A DNA stretch of 64,000 bases from Octopus vulgaris. Taxonomy: Eukaryota. The notes beneath the pieces are model-generated. The model searched no databases and was not told where the DNA came from. It saw only the letters and a list, made by a program, of their open reading frames with translations. This document shows positions 44,470-58,074 of the stretch, piece by piece. The stretch lies in contig OX597826.1 in the NCBI GenBank assembly GCA_951406725.2, positions 78,492,001-78,556,000 of the forward strand, written 5' to 3'. Positions within the stretch are counted from its first letter, which is position 1. Each line of letters starts with the position of its first letter. The position numbers and the translations under genes are program-made.

Positions 44470-44562
44470 TGCTGCTGCTGCTGCAAATCCATACTTATCT
44501 CTTCCTCGTCCCTCTTCTTTCTCCCGCCGAACTTTGTCCAGTTCACTCTTACATTGTATATG

Positions 44563-44835
44563 CGTGGTTTCGTGGTTAGCGTGTTGCGCTCCCGATCTGG
44601 CGACCGTGATTTCAATTCCTAGACCGGGTGGCGCACGTTGTATTCTTGAGCAAAACACTTCCTCCTGCGTTGCTCGGCAATCACTTCGACACCTGCCGCG
44701 TGGCACACCGTGCACCTGTTCAGACAACGTCGATTTTGTGGGGAGAGGGAGCCAACGTGCGGCACATACATTTGATCACTATGAAGAAATCATTTTGTGC
44801 TGGCCGTTCGGCAAAAGCTGAGCGTTCATACGTCG
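44563..44835 (+). mobile_element. tRNA-derived SINE, fourth type
   Basis: gtggttagcgtg...gatttcaattcc A/B boxes, then gttgtattcttgagcaaaacact. Confidence 0.6.
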
Positions 44836-44850
44836 TATTCGATGGGAGAA

Positions 44851-44891
<41 letters not shown>

Positions 44892-45190
44892 TATATATTT
44901 TTACTGTTTATATTTTTGTACTGTCGTTACTGTCTCGTTTTTTTACCATTTTTTACCCCTCTGCGAAAAGATCTCAGAATTTTAATTGATTTGTTTTTCG
45001 CAGGAAGGAAAGTTTCTTGTCGAAGATACGTCTCGCTTTTATCCTTCGAAACGTAGAGTAGATGAAACCTTAGCGACTGAAGAAGGGTTTTTTTCGTTGT
45101 GTTAACTGTCCTGTACTCCATTTTTGTTGTTTTTTAAAAAATGTCCTGTTCCTTTGGTTTGTGTCTACGTTTTCGTTTCTCTACGTTTTC

Positions 45191-45250
<60 letters not shown>

Positions 45251-45252
<2 letters not shown>

Positions 45253-45648
45253 TCTTTTTCTCTTTTTACTTGTTTCAGTCATTTGACTGCGGCCATGCTG
45301 GAGCACCGCCTTTAGTCGACCAAATCGACCTAGGACTTATTCTTTTGGAAGCCTAGTACTTATTCTATCGGTCTCTTTTGCCGAATCTTCCTAAGTTACG
45401 AGGACGTAAACACACCACCATCGGTTGTCAAGCGATGTTGGGGGACAAAAACAGACACATACATCTATATATATACATATATACGATGGGCTTCTTCCAG
45501 TTTCCGTCTACCAAATCCACTCACAAGGCTTTGGTCAGCCCGAGGCTATAGTAGAAGACATTTGCCCAAGGTGTCACGCAGTGGGAATGAACCCAGAACC
45601 ATGTGGATGGTAAGCAAGCTACTTACCACAGAGCCACTCCTGCGCCTA
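45251..45648 (-). mobile_element. CORE-type SINE, full length
   Basis: Complete head, core and tail between (TA)n tracts. Confidence 0.85.
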
Positions 45649-45662
45649 TATGCATATATGTA

Positions 45663-45744
<82 letters not shown>

Positions 45745-46049
45745 TTAATGTTGTGTGTAGTAGACTTGAATTTGAATCGTTGGTGCAATCATGACGTTCT
45801 GGTGATGCGATGAGCTAGCTTTCTTTATTTGCATCGATTTGTGAATATAGAATTGTATTGTATAATGCGAAGCATGCACATTAATGGAGAAAAGTAGATA
45901 TAATTTATTCTATACTAAAATCATAATAATATGAAGAGTGCTACGAAACGGCTGTAATCCTATTGATGCCAAGTGATTAACTAAATATATTCATTTTTCA
46001 TCTCTCCCTCTTGGCGTTTTACGGTATCTATACTCCTCATTAAGTAATT

Positions 46050-46437
46050 TCGCAGAACGGTTCTTCTGGGTTTCAGCTGCATGGCTGCTGCACGGCCATT
46101 GCATGTCGATCCCATCAAGGGAACAGCTTGCTCGTGAAATTAATGTGCAAGTGCCTCAGCACTCCACAGTCACGTGTACGCTTAACGTAGTTCTCGGGGA
46201 GATTCAGCGTGACACAGAGTGTGACAAGGCTAGCCCTTTGAAATGCAGGTACAACACAAAGAGGAAGAGAGGAAGTTGTGGTGAAATACAGCAGAGTTCA
46301 CACTCTGCTACCGGATACTCGTGGAGCTTTAGGTGTTTTCGCTCAATAAAGACTCACAACGCTCAATCAGAGAATCAAAGCCGCGATCCTATGACCACGA
46401 ATACGCTGCCCTAACCACTGGGCCATTGCACCTCCAC
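46050..46437 (-). mobile_element. tRNA SINE with the same head as 44115-44469 but a different body
   Basis: Shares ttattgagcgaaaacacctaaa with 44115-44469. The body gtcacactctgtgtcac..gaatctcc is also seen at 6190-6240. Confidence 0.65.
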
Positions 46438-46441
46438 ACAC

Positions 46442-46497
<56 letters not shown>

Positions 46498-46504
46498 GTG
46501 TATA

Positions 46505-46598
<94 letters not shown>

Positions 46599-46697
46599 GT
46601 GTTATGAGCATTTATAGAACATGTATCCTATATAAACTCAACAAAAATTAAAGATGGAGAAGGGAAGATGTTAAAGTTTTATATAATTTTAATCCAT

Positions 46698-46810
46698 GCA
46701 TACGATCGTTTCAAATGGTAACACCAACAAGTAAGAAACATGGAAAAAATTAAATTAACTATAATAATAATTAAATTGATTTTATTACATATTACCATTC
46801 TCCTCAGTGC
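46698..46810 (-). ncRNA. Type I hammerhead ribozyme with long stem II and palindromic stem III
   Basis: Minus strand reads gca CTGAGGA gaatggtaa...ttaccattt GAAAC gatc GTA tgc. It lies in a short unit (46595-46850) adjoining (TA)n. Confidence 0.75.
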
Positions 46811-47181
46811 GAAAAAGAATACATCAGAAAAGTAGTATCAGAAAAATATTACTACTACTACTACTACTACTATGTTGTTATATATATTTGTTTTCACTGT
46901 CCTGTTTATGTTACCAATTTTGACCCTCCGCAAAAACCCAAATTTGATTTGATTTGCTTTGCGGGACCAACTGTTTTATCGAAAGCGTATATTGTTGTTG
47001 TTAAATGATCGAAATACGAGAGTAGAAAAACAGCCAACAACTGAAGAAGGGTCATTCTTTGTGTTGTTTGTCTTGTTTTCCATTTGTGCCTTTCGTTGTT
47101 CGAAAAAATTGTTCATATTCCATGTACTCGCACTTAGTATTTTTGTTGTACACGTTTTGTGACGTCCTGTGTCCACATATG

Positions 47182-47226
<45 letters not shown>

Positions 47227-48063
47227 CAAAATAAAAAAAATGATGCAAAGGATTTAGCGGTACATATGTTTCGGGCCTTTATTAGACGGTTTATAACAAT
47301 GCATAATTGATGTAAATGTGTGTCTATAGCCTTCTTCAGCCGTGTACGATTACTACTTCAAGGACATGTATTACATCATAAGTTTTACGTTGGGGATGCA
47401 AATCCTCATAGTCGCGTACGACAGAGCGAGGCACCAGAACAAAATCAAAGCGTCCATCCCGCTTTTCACTCGATGATTCTACATATATATATATATATAT
47501 ATATATACACATTTATACCTATGCATAGAAAGACAGACAGATTGAGTGAAAGAGTGAGTGAGTGAGTGAGTGAGTGAGTGAGTTAGTGACTGCCTGACTA
47601 ACTAACTGACAGATTGACTGATTGACTGATTGATTGATTGATTGATTGATTGAATGATTGAAAAATATATACGAATGTGTGTATGTTTGTATCTATGTAT
47701 GTCTATGTATGTATATATGTATGTACGTATGCTTGTAAGTGTATGTACTCTTCTAGGCGCTTGTGCATAACCTCTTCTTTTTTCTCTCTTAATCCTCGCA
47801 ATCGACCAAACGCCATTTTGTTTAGATTTTATTTTTCTCCCGCTTTTCGCCTCGTAGGCTTCTGCATCTCTTCTTTTCATTCCTCTTTCTCCTCCTCCAT
47901 CCTTTTCTTTTCTTCACTTCTTCTTCCTCTTCTTTTTCTTTATTTTTTGTTCTTCTGCTACTACTACTACTACTACTACTGCTGCTGCTGCTACTACTAC
48001 TACTACTACTACTCTTTTCGTTTCACTTCTGATACTAACACTTCCACAACAGCAACAACAACA

Positions 48064-48105
<42 letters not shown>

Positions 48106-48476
48106 GCTAATACTACTACTACTATTACTACTACTACTACTACAATTACTAAAAATGATAATAATAAATCTAATAACTTTTATCATTCTTATTGACGTTG
48201 TTATTGTTGTTTTTATTATTATTATTAATTTTCTGATTTCATCTCATTTTCCTCAACATTTTCATTGTCATACTTGTCTTCATCATCATCATCATCACCG
48301 TTGTCGTCGTCATTATTGTCGTTGTCGCCGTCATCCTCCTCCTCCTCCTTCTCCTCCTCCTTCTCCTCCTCCTCCTCCTCCTCATCATCATCGCCATTCA
48401 ATATCTGCAGTGTTATGATCACAACCATTAACATCAACGTCGACACCTATTTCTACAACCAGCGGCACCATTCTCT

Positions 48477-48507
<31 letters not shown>

Positions 48508-48558
48508 CGAACATGATTATCACCCGCATTTATTACTATAGCAACTTCCTATCCGCCT

Positions 48559-48604
<46 letters not shown>

Positions 48605-49294
48605 TCTCCCTCTCCCCCTCTCTCTCTCTCTCTCACTCTCATTTACCCTCTTTCTCACCTTCATCGCTTCTTTCCTGCTCCGCTGCTCGCCAGAATGTTT
48701 ACAAGCCAAACCACACAACAATGTTTATATGCTATATATTTTCACTTGACTTAGAAGAGTACCAAGCTGTTGCTGTCTACCTCGGCCTCTCACTCCACTT
48801 CCGCCATCTTGCTCTGTCTTATCTATACAATGGACAACATCGACTCTTTATACATACTTCACCTGTTCAATGTTTACTTATTATTCTTTTCTGGGGGTTT
48901 TCTTTGCTTTTTTTTTCACAATTTAGTTTTTAGTGTTTATGGTATTTCTAACACATCAAATCTTTTTTTTTTTTTTGCTGTTTTGTCTATTTGTATATGT
49001 TTATTCCCACCTTCGCATTAATATATGTATGGATGGAGGTATATGTATGTCAGCTTGTATATATATATATATACGTATATGCATTTGTATATATGTGTGT
49101 GTGTATTTACGTACACATAATATACAGATATAGCATATATATATTATATATATATATATATACACATGTGCATATAGCTCTGGATGCGGGTGTTTATGCA
49201 CGCACGCATGAACACAAACACACGCACAAATGCATACATAAATATTACTAATATGTGTATATACACATTTATACATAGAGATGCATATACATAT

Positions 49295-49330
<36 letters not shown>

Positions 49331-49438
49331 GTGCATGTATATATATATATACATATATATATATGTGCGTATATATATACATATATATATATATATATAC
49401 ATATATATACATATATATATATGTATGATATATGTATA

Positions 49439-49502
<64 letters not shown>

Positions 49503-49947
49503 ATGTATATATATTCACACATATATCATACATATGTATTTGCGAGAGTGTATGTGTGTTTTTCTCTCAAACTTTCTCGTTCTTTTTCTCTCCCTCTCTT
49601 TCCCCACTCTCTCTCTCTCTCTCTCTCTCTCTGTCTTTCCCTCCTTCTCTTTTTCTATCCCTCTATCCATCTTTCTATCTTCTTTCCCTCCACCTTTCTA
49701 TCCCCGTCTCTTAAATTTCTTGAGCAACCTCTGCAGTTCTTGTCTTTGACCTTCCGTTTCCTCACGAATATATCTCACCCTTTCTCCACCTCTTCATCCA
49801 TCTACCTATCCCCCTCTCTCTTTTTCACTCTCTTTCTCCCCTCTCCCTTTCCCCTTTCTCTTATACACTTCTATAAACTATCATTTTTCCTATGTATCCC
49901 ATCACACTTTCTTTCCGTGTTTTATTTTTCTCGCCTTATTTCTGTAA

Positions 49948-50038
<91 letters not shown>

Positions 50039-50076
50039 CATTATTATTATTATTATTTCTCGCCTTATTTCTGTAA

Positions 50077-50122
<46 letters not shown>

Positions 50123-50192
50123 CAAGTATAAGTATAATATCAACAAAAATAACATTAATAATAATATTGACATTCATAATGCATAAACACGT

Positions 50193-50224
<32 letters not shown>

Positions 50225-50396
50225 AAATACATATAGACATATATACATATAATTTTGGCAAAATATTACAGATATATTCTGTCTGCGAGAATATTAGTAT
50301 CTGAAAGCGTGTATTTGTACAGGTCTATGTATCTGTGCATGTATATATATATATATATACATACACACACACACACACGCACATACACACACATAT

Positions 50397-50436
<40 letters not shown>

Positions 50437-50473
50437 ATAGACATACATATGTACATGTGTGTTTACATATGTG

Positions 50474-50508
<35 letters not shown>

Positions 50509-50632
50509 TATGAATATAAGATATGATTTAAACATTAATACAATAATAACCGATGCTTTACTTGTGGGACAAATATTATATATTTACATCTGTGTGTTTG
50601 TGAGCGTGTGTGTGTGTGAATGTGTGTGTTTT

Positions 50633-50663
<31 letters not shown>

Positions 50664-50727
50664 ATTTCTATATGCGTCCGTTTGTGCGTGGGTTTTATTC
50701 ACTGATGCAACCGAGTAAAACTTTACA

Positions 50728-50775
<48 letters not shown>

Positions 50776-52093
50776 CTGTTCTTCTTCCTTTCTTTTCTTC
50801 TGGATGTGCTTATTTATCATTGAGTTGCCGTTTTAAAGAAATTTTTATGTAAGACTGGTTTACATAAAACATCTAAAACATCTAACCAAAATATCAGACG
50901 TTTAAGACTTATATATATACATGTGTTTGTGTGTTTGTGTATAATATATATCATCATAATCTATACATCATCATCATCATCGTTACCGACACCATCATCA
51001 TCATCATCATCATCAACATCATCATCATCATCGTCATCGACATCATCATCAACATCATCATCAACATCATCATCATCATCATCATCATATATCGCAACTC
51101 AAAACCTCCTTTTTGAACATCATTGGGTGGAATCAGATAACTATAAACACTTGTCCGCTGCTTGGAGCAATGAACACTTCTCATATTCTGCGATTTAGCC
51201 ATAAACTCTGTCTAAGCTTGTCTGTTTTATTTATTTTATGGCGAATGAAGTAATATTTACAAGTATTTCTCTAAGTTGTTTTAAGAATTATTGCGCTCAT
51301 GAAATTTGTACTCTAAACATGTACATTAGATACGCATGTTTGATGATTGCTCGCTTGTTTTGCCGGTCTGCATTTGAATGGCTGTGAGTTTGATGAGATA
51401 CCTGTGTGTGTTCGGCTGTGTTTCATTGACTTCGGTTTTGTTTCACCCAAAATCTTTGGTTGCCTGTGTTTTTATCTAATTTTCTGATTGTCTGTATTCG
51501 TCTGCCTTCTTCGATACGATATATGATTGGGGAAGCACATTTCTATGAAGGTGTTAGTAAAGGTGTCTGCTGGGTGTTAAATCCCGATTCATGATAAAAT
51601 AAAAATCGGGCAAAGGCGATATGAACAACTTATTACACTATGTAACATTTTCCTTTTTATTTTGTCTTTGGTCAGTAATTGTTATTATCTACAAATGACT
51701 ACTAATCCCTTCAAACTTTACTTTTGTGACCTTGACATCAATGTTTCCAAACTGACCTTATTCCCCATTACATTTCAAACAGCTTCAGCGCTGAGTTACT
51801 GAAGCGGAAATATCGTTATAGCAAATATTCTGCTCAACACCACAGATTTGCTTGTCAGTCGCTTGACCTTAACCCTTTGAGAATGTCCTTTAGTGTCTGC
51901 CAGTATGTGCATCTCTGTGTAGTAGCGGAGGGGCATCACAGCCATGTGTTGAGAGGAATTCTTTGGGTTTGAGTAAATAGTAACAAAAGCAAAGTTTGAA
52001 GAAGTATCAGAGATTTGTCATAATTTTTAGGGATACGCAAACAGGAAATAGCAAAAGTCGTGTCACACAGTGTATTGTTATTTGTTAACTTCA

Positions 52094-52222
52094 ACCCAGC
52101 TCTGATCGACCCGCTCTCATTGACCAGCTCTGATAGACAAGCTCTGATTGGCAAGCTCTGATTGGCCAACTCCGATTGACCAGCTCTGGTTGACCAGCTC
52201 TGATTAGACAGCTCTGATTGAC
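52094..52222. repeat. Degenerate tandem repeat, 14-bp unit GACCAGCTCTGATT, ~9 copies
   Basis: Directly visible. Confidence 0.85.
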
Positions 52223-53234
52223 TGGGCCTTCAATCAAAACATTACCTCAGTAGCATTCCCATTTTTTTTTCAGACATAAGATACATTAACGGATGCATTC
52301 CCTTCTAAAGATCGTAGTAGATAGCATAAAAGAGATTCAACTATTATCTGCAGCGAGTTTAACGACTGGATTGTAAATGGTTTGGCCTACTTTTGTGTTG
52401 TCCTAACAGTGAATGGTGATACTTACACTGATTAAGAAACTTGTTTGCGGGACTTAATACTTGGATGATAGTCCGAAAATATGGAATTAGACTAGATAAA
52501 ACCATGGGAAATAATTGTCTTATTATCGGATTGTAGACTTAACAGCGGATGACAGATCTAATACCAAGGTGTGATTCACCAAACATTGGGTGATTAGACC
52601 TAATAATGTGGCTGCTTCGCCTAACATTTATATTTTATGCACAACACGACTTTTTAAAAGCCATCAGTTGGTTCTTCTAATGATTGCCAAGGTCTTGCTA
52701 CAGCACCATTGGCTCACAAACTTCATTATTTTCCCGCCTCATTTTTAATACATAGTCTTTTAGGCCTAATGCTGTGGATGTAGATTCAAAACTGCCCAGT
52801 TACATTTAAGCTGACGGATGATTATCACTAAAATTACATCGTCAGAAGCAAAAGCTAATTGTAGGAAGTTTTACGGCCGCAAATGGATTCAATAACCTTC
52901 ACCATGCAGTGTGTCTACATTTTGTGAGAGGTTTATGCATTGAATAATGCATAACAATTATAAAGAGGCAAACTACAAATGTATTTCTTTGAGGTACTCC
53001 TAAGTACGTGTTAAATGCACCTATGTTTCCCGAAGGAAAGCAATATTAGTATAGATATTAGTATACAAAATAAGTATAGCCTTTCGTTGTTGATCAGAAC
53101 CCGGCAAACATAGGTCCGCCTCAGGCGTTTAATCACTGATGGTCACAGATGACTGCTGTCTTGTGTGTGACATAAGAGACAAGCAGATAAAGGAGTGGGC
53201 GTCGAGAAAGACAGTATATATGGTCATAGGCAGC

Positions 53235-53565
53235 AAGAAGAAGAAAAAGAAGAGGAGGGAAGGAGGAGGAGGAGGAGGAGGAGGAGGAAGAAAAAGAAGA
53301 AGAAGAAGAAGAAGAAGAAGAAGAAGAAGAAGAAGAAGGAGGAGGAGGAGGAGGAGGAGGAGGAGGAGGAGGCTAGGATAACTTTTTTGTTGAAACGTTT
53401 GTTCGATCTGTGCTTACCCAAAGCTAAACAAAATCTCCGATTACAGAAAGGAAGGTAGCATTTCGAAAAATCACTTTTAATCAAGATGGAATACAAGAAA
53501 ACTGAACAGAGCGGAGATTTTGATGATGATGATGATGATGATGACGACGACGACGAAGATGATGA

Positions 53566-53599
<34 letters not shown>

Positions 53600-53667
53600 G
53601 GTGGTGGTGGTGGTGATGATGATGATGATGATGATGAGTATGATGATGATGATGATGATGAGTATGA

Positions 53668-53701
<34 letters not shown>

Positions 53702-53726
53702 GGTGATGATGATGATGATGAGGATG

Positions 53727-53761
<35 letters not shown>

Positions 53762-53775
53762 TGACAATGATGATG
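53235..53775. repeat. Compound trinucleotide tracts (GAA)/(GGA) and (GAT)/(GGT)
   Basis: Directly visible; source of the poly-H/D/R artefact ORFs. Confidence 0.9.
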
Positions 53776-53878
53776 ATGGTAAGGAGGAGGAGGATGTGCA
53801 GATGAAAGATGATGTCATAATGATGGTGAAAGTAAATTACATTACTAATCATGTCTGCGAATCATTTGCAAATTAGGA

Positions 53879-53909
<31 letters not shown>

Positions 53910-54247
53910 TAGTGTGTGTGTGAGTGTGTGTGTGTGTGTGTGGTTGAGAGACGAAACTGATGAAGATAGCGTTGTACATATATGTGTGTGTGTGTGTGTG
54001 TGTATACATATGCATAAATATATATATATATATAATATATATATACAGCTTGATATTTATCTATATCTATATATACATATATAAACATATATATATGTAT
54101 TGATATATGTATATATATATATATATGTGTGTGTATGAGTGTGTGTATGAGTGTGTGTGTGTGTGTGTGTATACAGACATATATATATATACATATTTAT
54201 ACAGCCACCATGCTGTTTATATATATACATGCATGAATATATACATA

Positions 54248-54323
<76 letters not shown>

Positions 54324-54336
54324 CATATACATATAT

Positions 54337-54568
54337 ATTTCTTTACTATCCACAAGGGGCTAAACATAGAGGGGACAAACAAGGACAGACATAGGTATTA
54401 AGTCGATTACATCGACCCCCGTGCGTAACTGGTACTTATTTAATCGACCCCGAAAGGATGAAAGGCAAAGTCGACCTCGGCAGAATTTGAACTCAGAATG
54501 TAACGACAGACAAAATACGGCTACGCATTTCGCCCGGCATGCTAAGGTTTCTGCCAGCTCACCGCTTT
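54337..54568 (-). mobile_element. Deu/Nin-core SINE
   Basis: Full head and core, tail gcccccttgtgg..agtaaagaaata-like. Confidence 0.85.
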
Positions 54569-56399
54569 CAATATATATATATATACATATATGACGGTAA
54601 GCTGCTCATAATGTTTGCAATTGGGTACCCACTATAGGTATCCAAGATCTATCCAATGGTGTTAAATTGAGTGATGGCTAAATGCTACCACTCAGGAACC
54701 GTTGCACTTCCATTCGATTGGCCTCTACACAGTAGTCATCAATTTTACTCAACATCCAATGGCTTTGAAGTCTCCCGAATCTATGGTAAAACGCATCCAA
54801 GTTGGTAAACAGTAGGATAGAACCAGGATCCATGTCGTAGCGAAATGAAATTAATCCGAACCAAACAATCATGTTTGTACATCGTAATTAACTACCTCGT
54901 GTTCCTAAGATCGTTCAGGAGGCAGTAGTTCAATATATACTATTTTTATGTTGTTTTGTTTTGTCTGTTTGTTTGTTTTTGCTTTTTGTTTTTCGGGGTT
55001 TTTGTTTATTATGTTGTATTACGTTTTTTACCCCATGGTCAGAAAAGAGCAGCAGCCACCATGCTGTTTATTCTCTGAAAACCTCTGAAATGGATGGAAC
55101 GAACGGAATCAGTTATTCTCCAACTGGAAACCTGACACGAACACTTACAACAGAATGTGAACTCTGCAAATGGCACTCACGTGTGTTTATATTTCCATGT
55201 GATGGACACATGAAGAGCTGTTTAGGTCAAATTTGTTTGGAAACGGTAAAATTAAATACTAATTATAACCTGGAGTGTTCGAAGAAAGTTGTAATTGCAG
55301 ACTCTTCGTTTCCAATGCTTTCCTGTTTGCTTTGTATGCTTTAACTATAGTTTATTCTTGAACCGTTACCAAACTGCCAGAGGACATTTCCACGTTATCT
55401 TTGAATTACACCAGGTAACCTCTTAGAAAGTGATTCTCTAATGTTATGCGTTAATATCTTCTGAACAGCTTTGCCGAAATATTTTCCGAGAATCTCGGAG
55501 ATATTTTAACGTGCTTCGTATTGGTTCCTTTGTTTGTCTTTCTTTTAATTCTTTCTCCTCGATATTATTTGATTTCAACAGTACCATTAGATCGTGCGAT
55601 ATTCGGATTTTGTGACAAAGTAAGGTTTCTACACGTATTAAATGTTTATCGATCTTATCGATCCATGAATTTGGCGAAAGGCGATAAAATGGCAAAGATA
55701 TTTGTCAGAATTATTCCTTTGTTTCTTATCTCAGTCTTCTTCCATTGTTCCTTCCCCCGGAGATTCGATTAAAACCTGGCTTAAATCTATCCACCAATCT
55801 TTTCGAACTCTCTTCTGCTGTTGATATGTAGTTCTCTACGTGAATGTGTAATTCCATTTTGTTGGCGAAATTCGAAGTACACACTGGGTAAACACTGCCT
55901 TCTACAACCAGAAACAGTCAACTGAGATGTACCAGATAAAAGAAACAACAGAAATACAATGAAAACTCTTGTTTTTATAGTCACGTTATTTATAACGGAT
56001 GTTTGAGGTGGTTTTGTAGACGAAACCCTTTCCAAAGGGACTGGTCACTCTTTATTGCTAATTCTTTACTGCTCAAGAACACTCAATATGGTTTGACAGT
56101 TTCGGAAGATGGTTGATGGTTGAAATTTGTTGGAAATTTTACAAAAGATCATGTTCAGCATTGGTGAACAAAATTTTTTCTGGCTTGCCTACAAAACTGT
56201 ACAATTTAGAGATGAGGTATTTTTAATTATATCAACCCCAGCATTTATTTCATCGATCATGAAAAACTGGAATTCAAAACCAACCTTAGTACGATTTCAA
56301 TTGATTACGTAGAAAACACGTGACTAAATAATACGCTGCTGTTATTTCTGCCAATGCTTTCACCGTATCGAAGATTATTAATATCATATTTCATTCTAA

Positions 56400-56610
56400 G
56401 ACGGCAAGAATCGTCAGCACACCGGAAAAAATGCTTAGCGGCATTTCGTCCGTCTTCACGTTCTGAGTTCATATTCTACTGAGGTTGGCTTTGCCTTTCA
56501 TCCTTTCGAGTTTCATCAAATAAGTACCAGAAGAATACTGGGGTCGATGTAATTGACTTATCCCCCAACCCCGAAAGTGCTGGCCTTGTGCAAAAATTTG
56601 AAACCAATGA
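56400..56610 (+). mobile_element. Deu/Nin-core SINE
   Basis: gcctttcatcctttcgag core; tail ggccttgtgcaaaaatttgaaacc. Confidence 0.75.
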
Positions 56611-57835
56611 ATGGTATCATAAAAATATGGCTCCTGAAACGGATTCAATAAAGAAGACAATATCTTCACTGCCTGAGGTTAGGGAATCAAATTAAAGGTT
56701 ATTCTATATCAGTCTGCAAGCCTAAAATATGGTTGTCTCATATTTTACGGGGAAATAGTAACCAAGTAACTTTTATGAGCACCGCCAGTGTCGTTCGGTT
56801 TAATGCAGACAATAATTGTTTATGATCTGTGAATAACGTATGTCTTCCTTAAATTATCTTGAAGAAAGGCTATATGCTAAACACAATGCTAAGCGCTTCT
56901 ATCTCTATATTACTGCCGTAATTTTTTTTCTATAGAATCCGATGATATTGAGGTGAATGACATTGTTATTTCTGAATAATTCGAAAACGAAGCAAGAAAT
57001 TACATTTCCGAAACTGTAATTAAGAGTTGTTAGCCTCGAGAAATATTTCAGGATTTGAACCGACGTGGATGAACAAATAGTTGAATACAAGGAGTTCTTT
57101 GACTTCGTTGAAAACATTATGACAGCTTGTTAAAGAAATCTATCCTGCGTCTTTCGAGAACAAGTGATTTAATCATGCGGTAGGGTCTTCCATTTCCAGG
57201 AAGCAGACACTAAAGAGGCTGGTAAGAAGTGTACACTACTGAATTGATGCCGAGGCCACATATTCTTCACAACTTCAATATTTCTTTGATGTGGATAGTC
57301 ACCGTGTTCCTCTACGATATGTTATCTATTAACATATACGATATGTTATCCGCATGTTATCTATTAAGTTACATCTACGTCTTGTGATCCAAACGCATAT
57401 TATTTTATACCGATATCAGCTAAATCGATTCGTTCGATAACATTTTACTCATCATTACCTTTTATAATAACTTCATCCACAAATTACATAACAACGAGAC
57501 TCTGAGTTGGCAGCGCATCAACCTGAAACATATCTTGACGAGTCTTAATCATTCAAATGTCTCTAGTCTCTATTTTCAATTTTAAACTTGGATGTGAGCA
57601 TTTGCAAGGTCGATTTTTTTGACAAACGAGTTTCCTTTCCTGAGTTGAGCATGCAAATCAGATGGAATAATATGAATATTAATGCATTTTCAAAGAAACA
57701 TGGAGACGACCGACAGCGAAGTCAAAGCGAATGCATAATGAACCGTTTTCGAGTTGTTCTATTTTCTTTATAACGCTTTCTATTTTACCAACAAACAAAC
57801 TGATGTACAGAGAATCTTTATCAATTATATTTTAG

Positions 57836-58025
57836 CTTTTGCTTGCTTCAGTCGTTGGACTGCGACCATATTGGGGCACCATCTTGAGAGATTTGATCGA
57901 AAAATAGACTCCAGAACTGTTGTCCTTTAAGTCAGGTACTATCGGAATCATTTGCCGAACCGCTAAGCTACGGCAGAGTAAATAAACCAACATATGTTGT
58001 CAAGCGATGGTAGGAGACAAGTAAA
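57836..58025 (-). mobile_element. CORE-type SINE, 3' half, diverged
   Basis: Tail motifs; abuts the 3' end of the R4 LINE. Confidence 0.6.
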
Positions 58026-58074
58026 GAAAACTCACCCGCAAATATGAATGTATGTATGTATGTCTCTTCTACAT

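Noticed and set aside
49927-50122. Duplicated ~24-bp sequence within (ATT)n
   Set aside because: Most simply a slippage duplication of the microsatellite flank.
54600-57790. Higher-complexity tracts that may be decayed transposon coding sequence
   Set aside because: No motif could be recognised in any frame; a profile search is needed.
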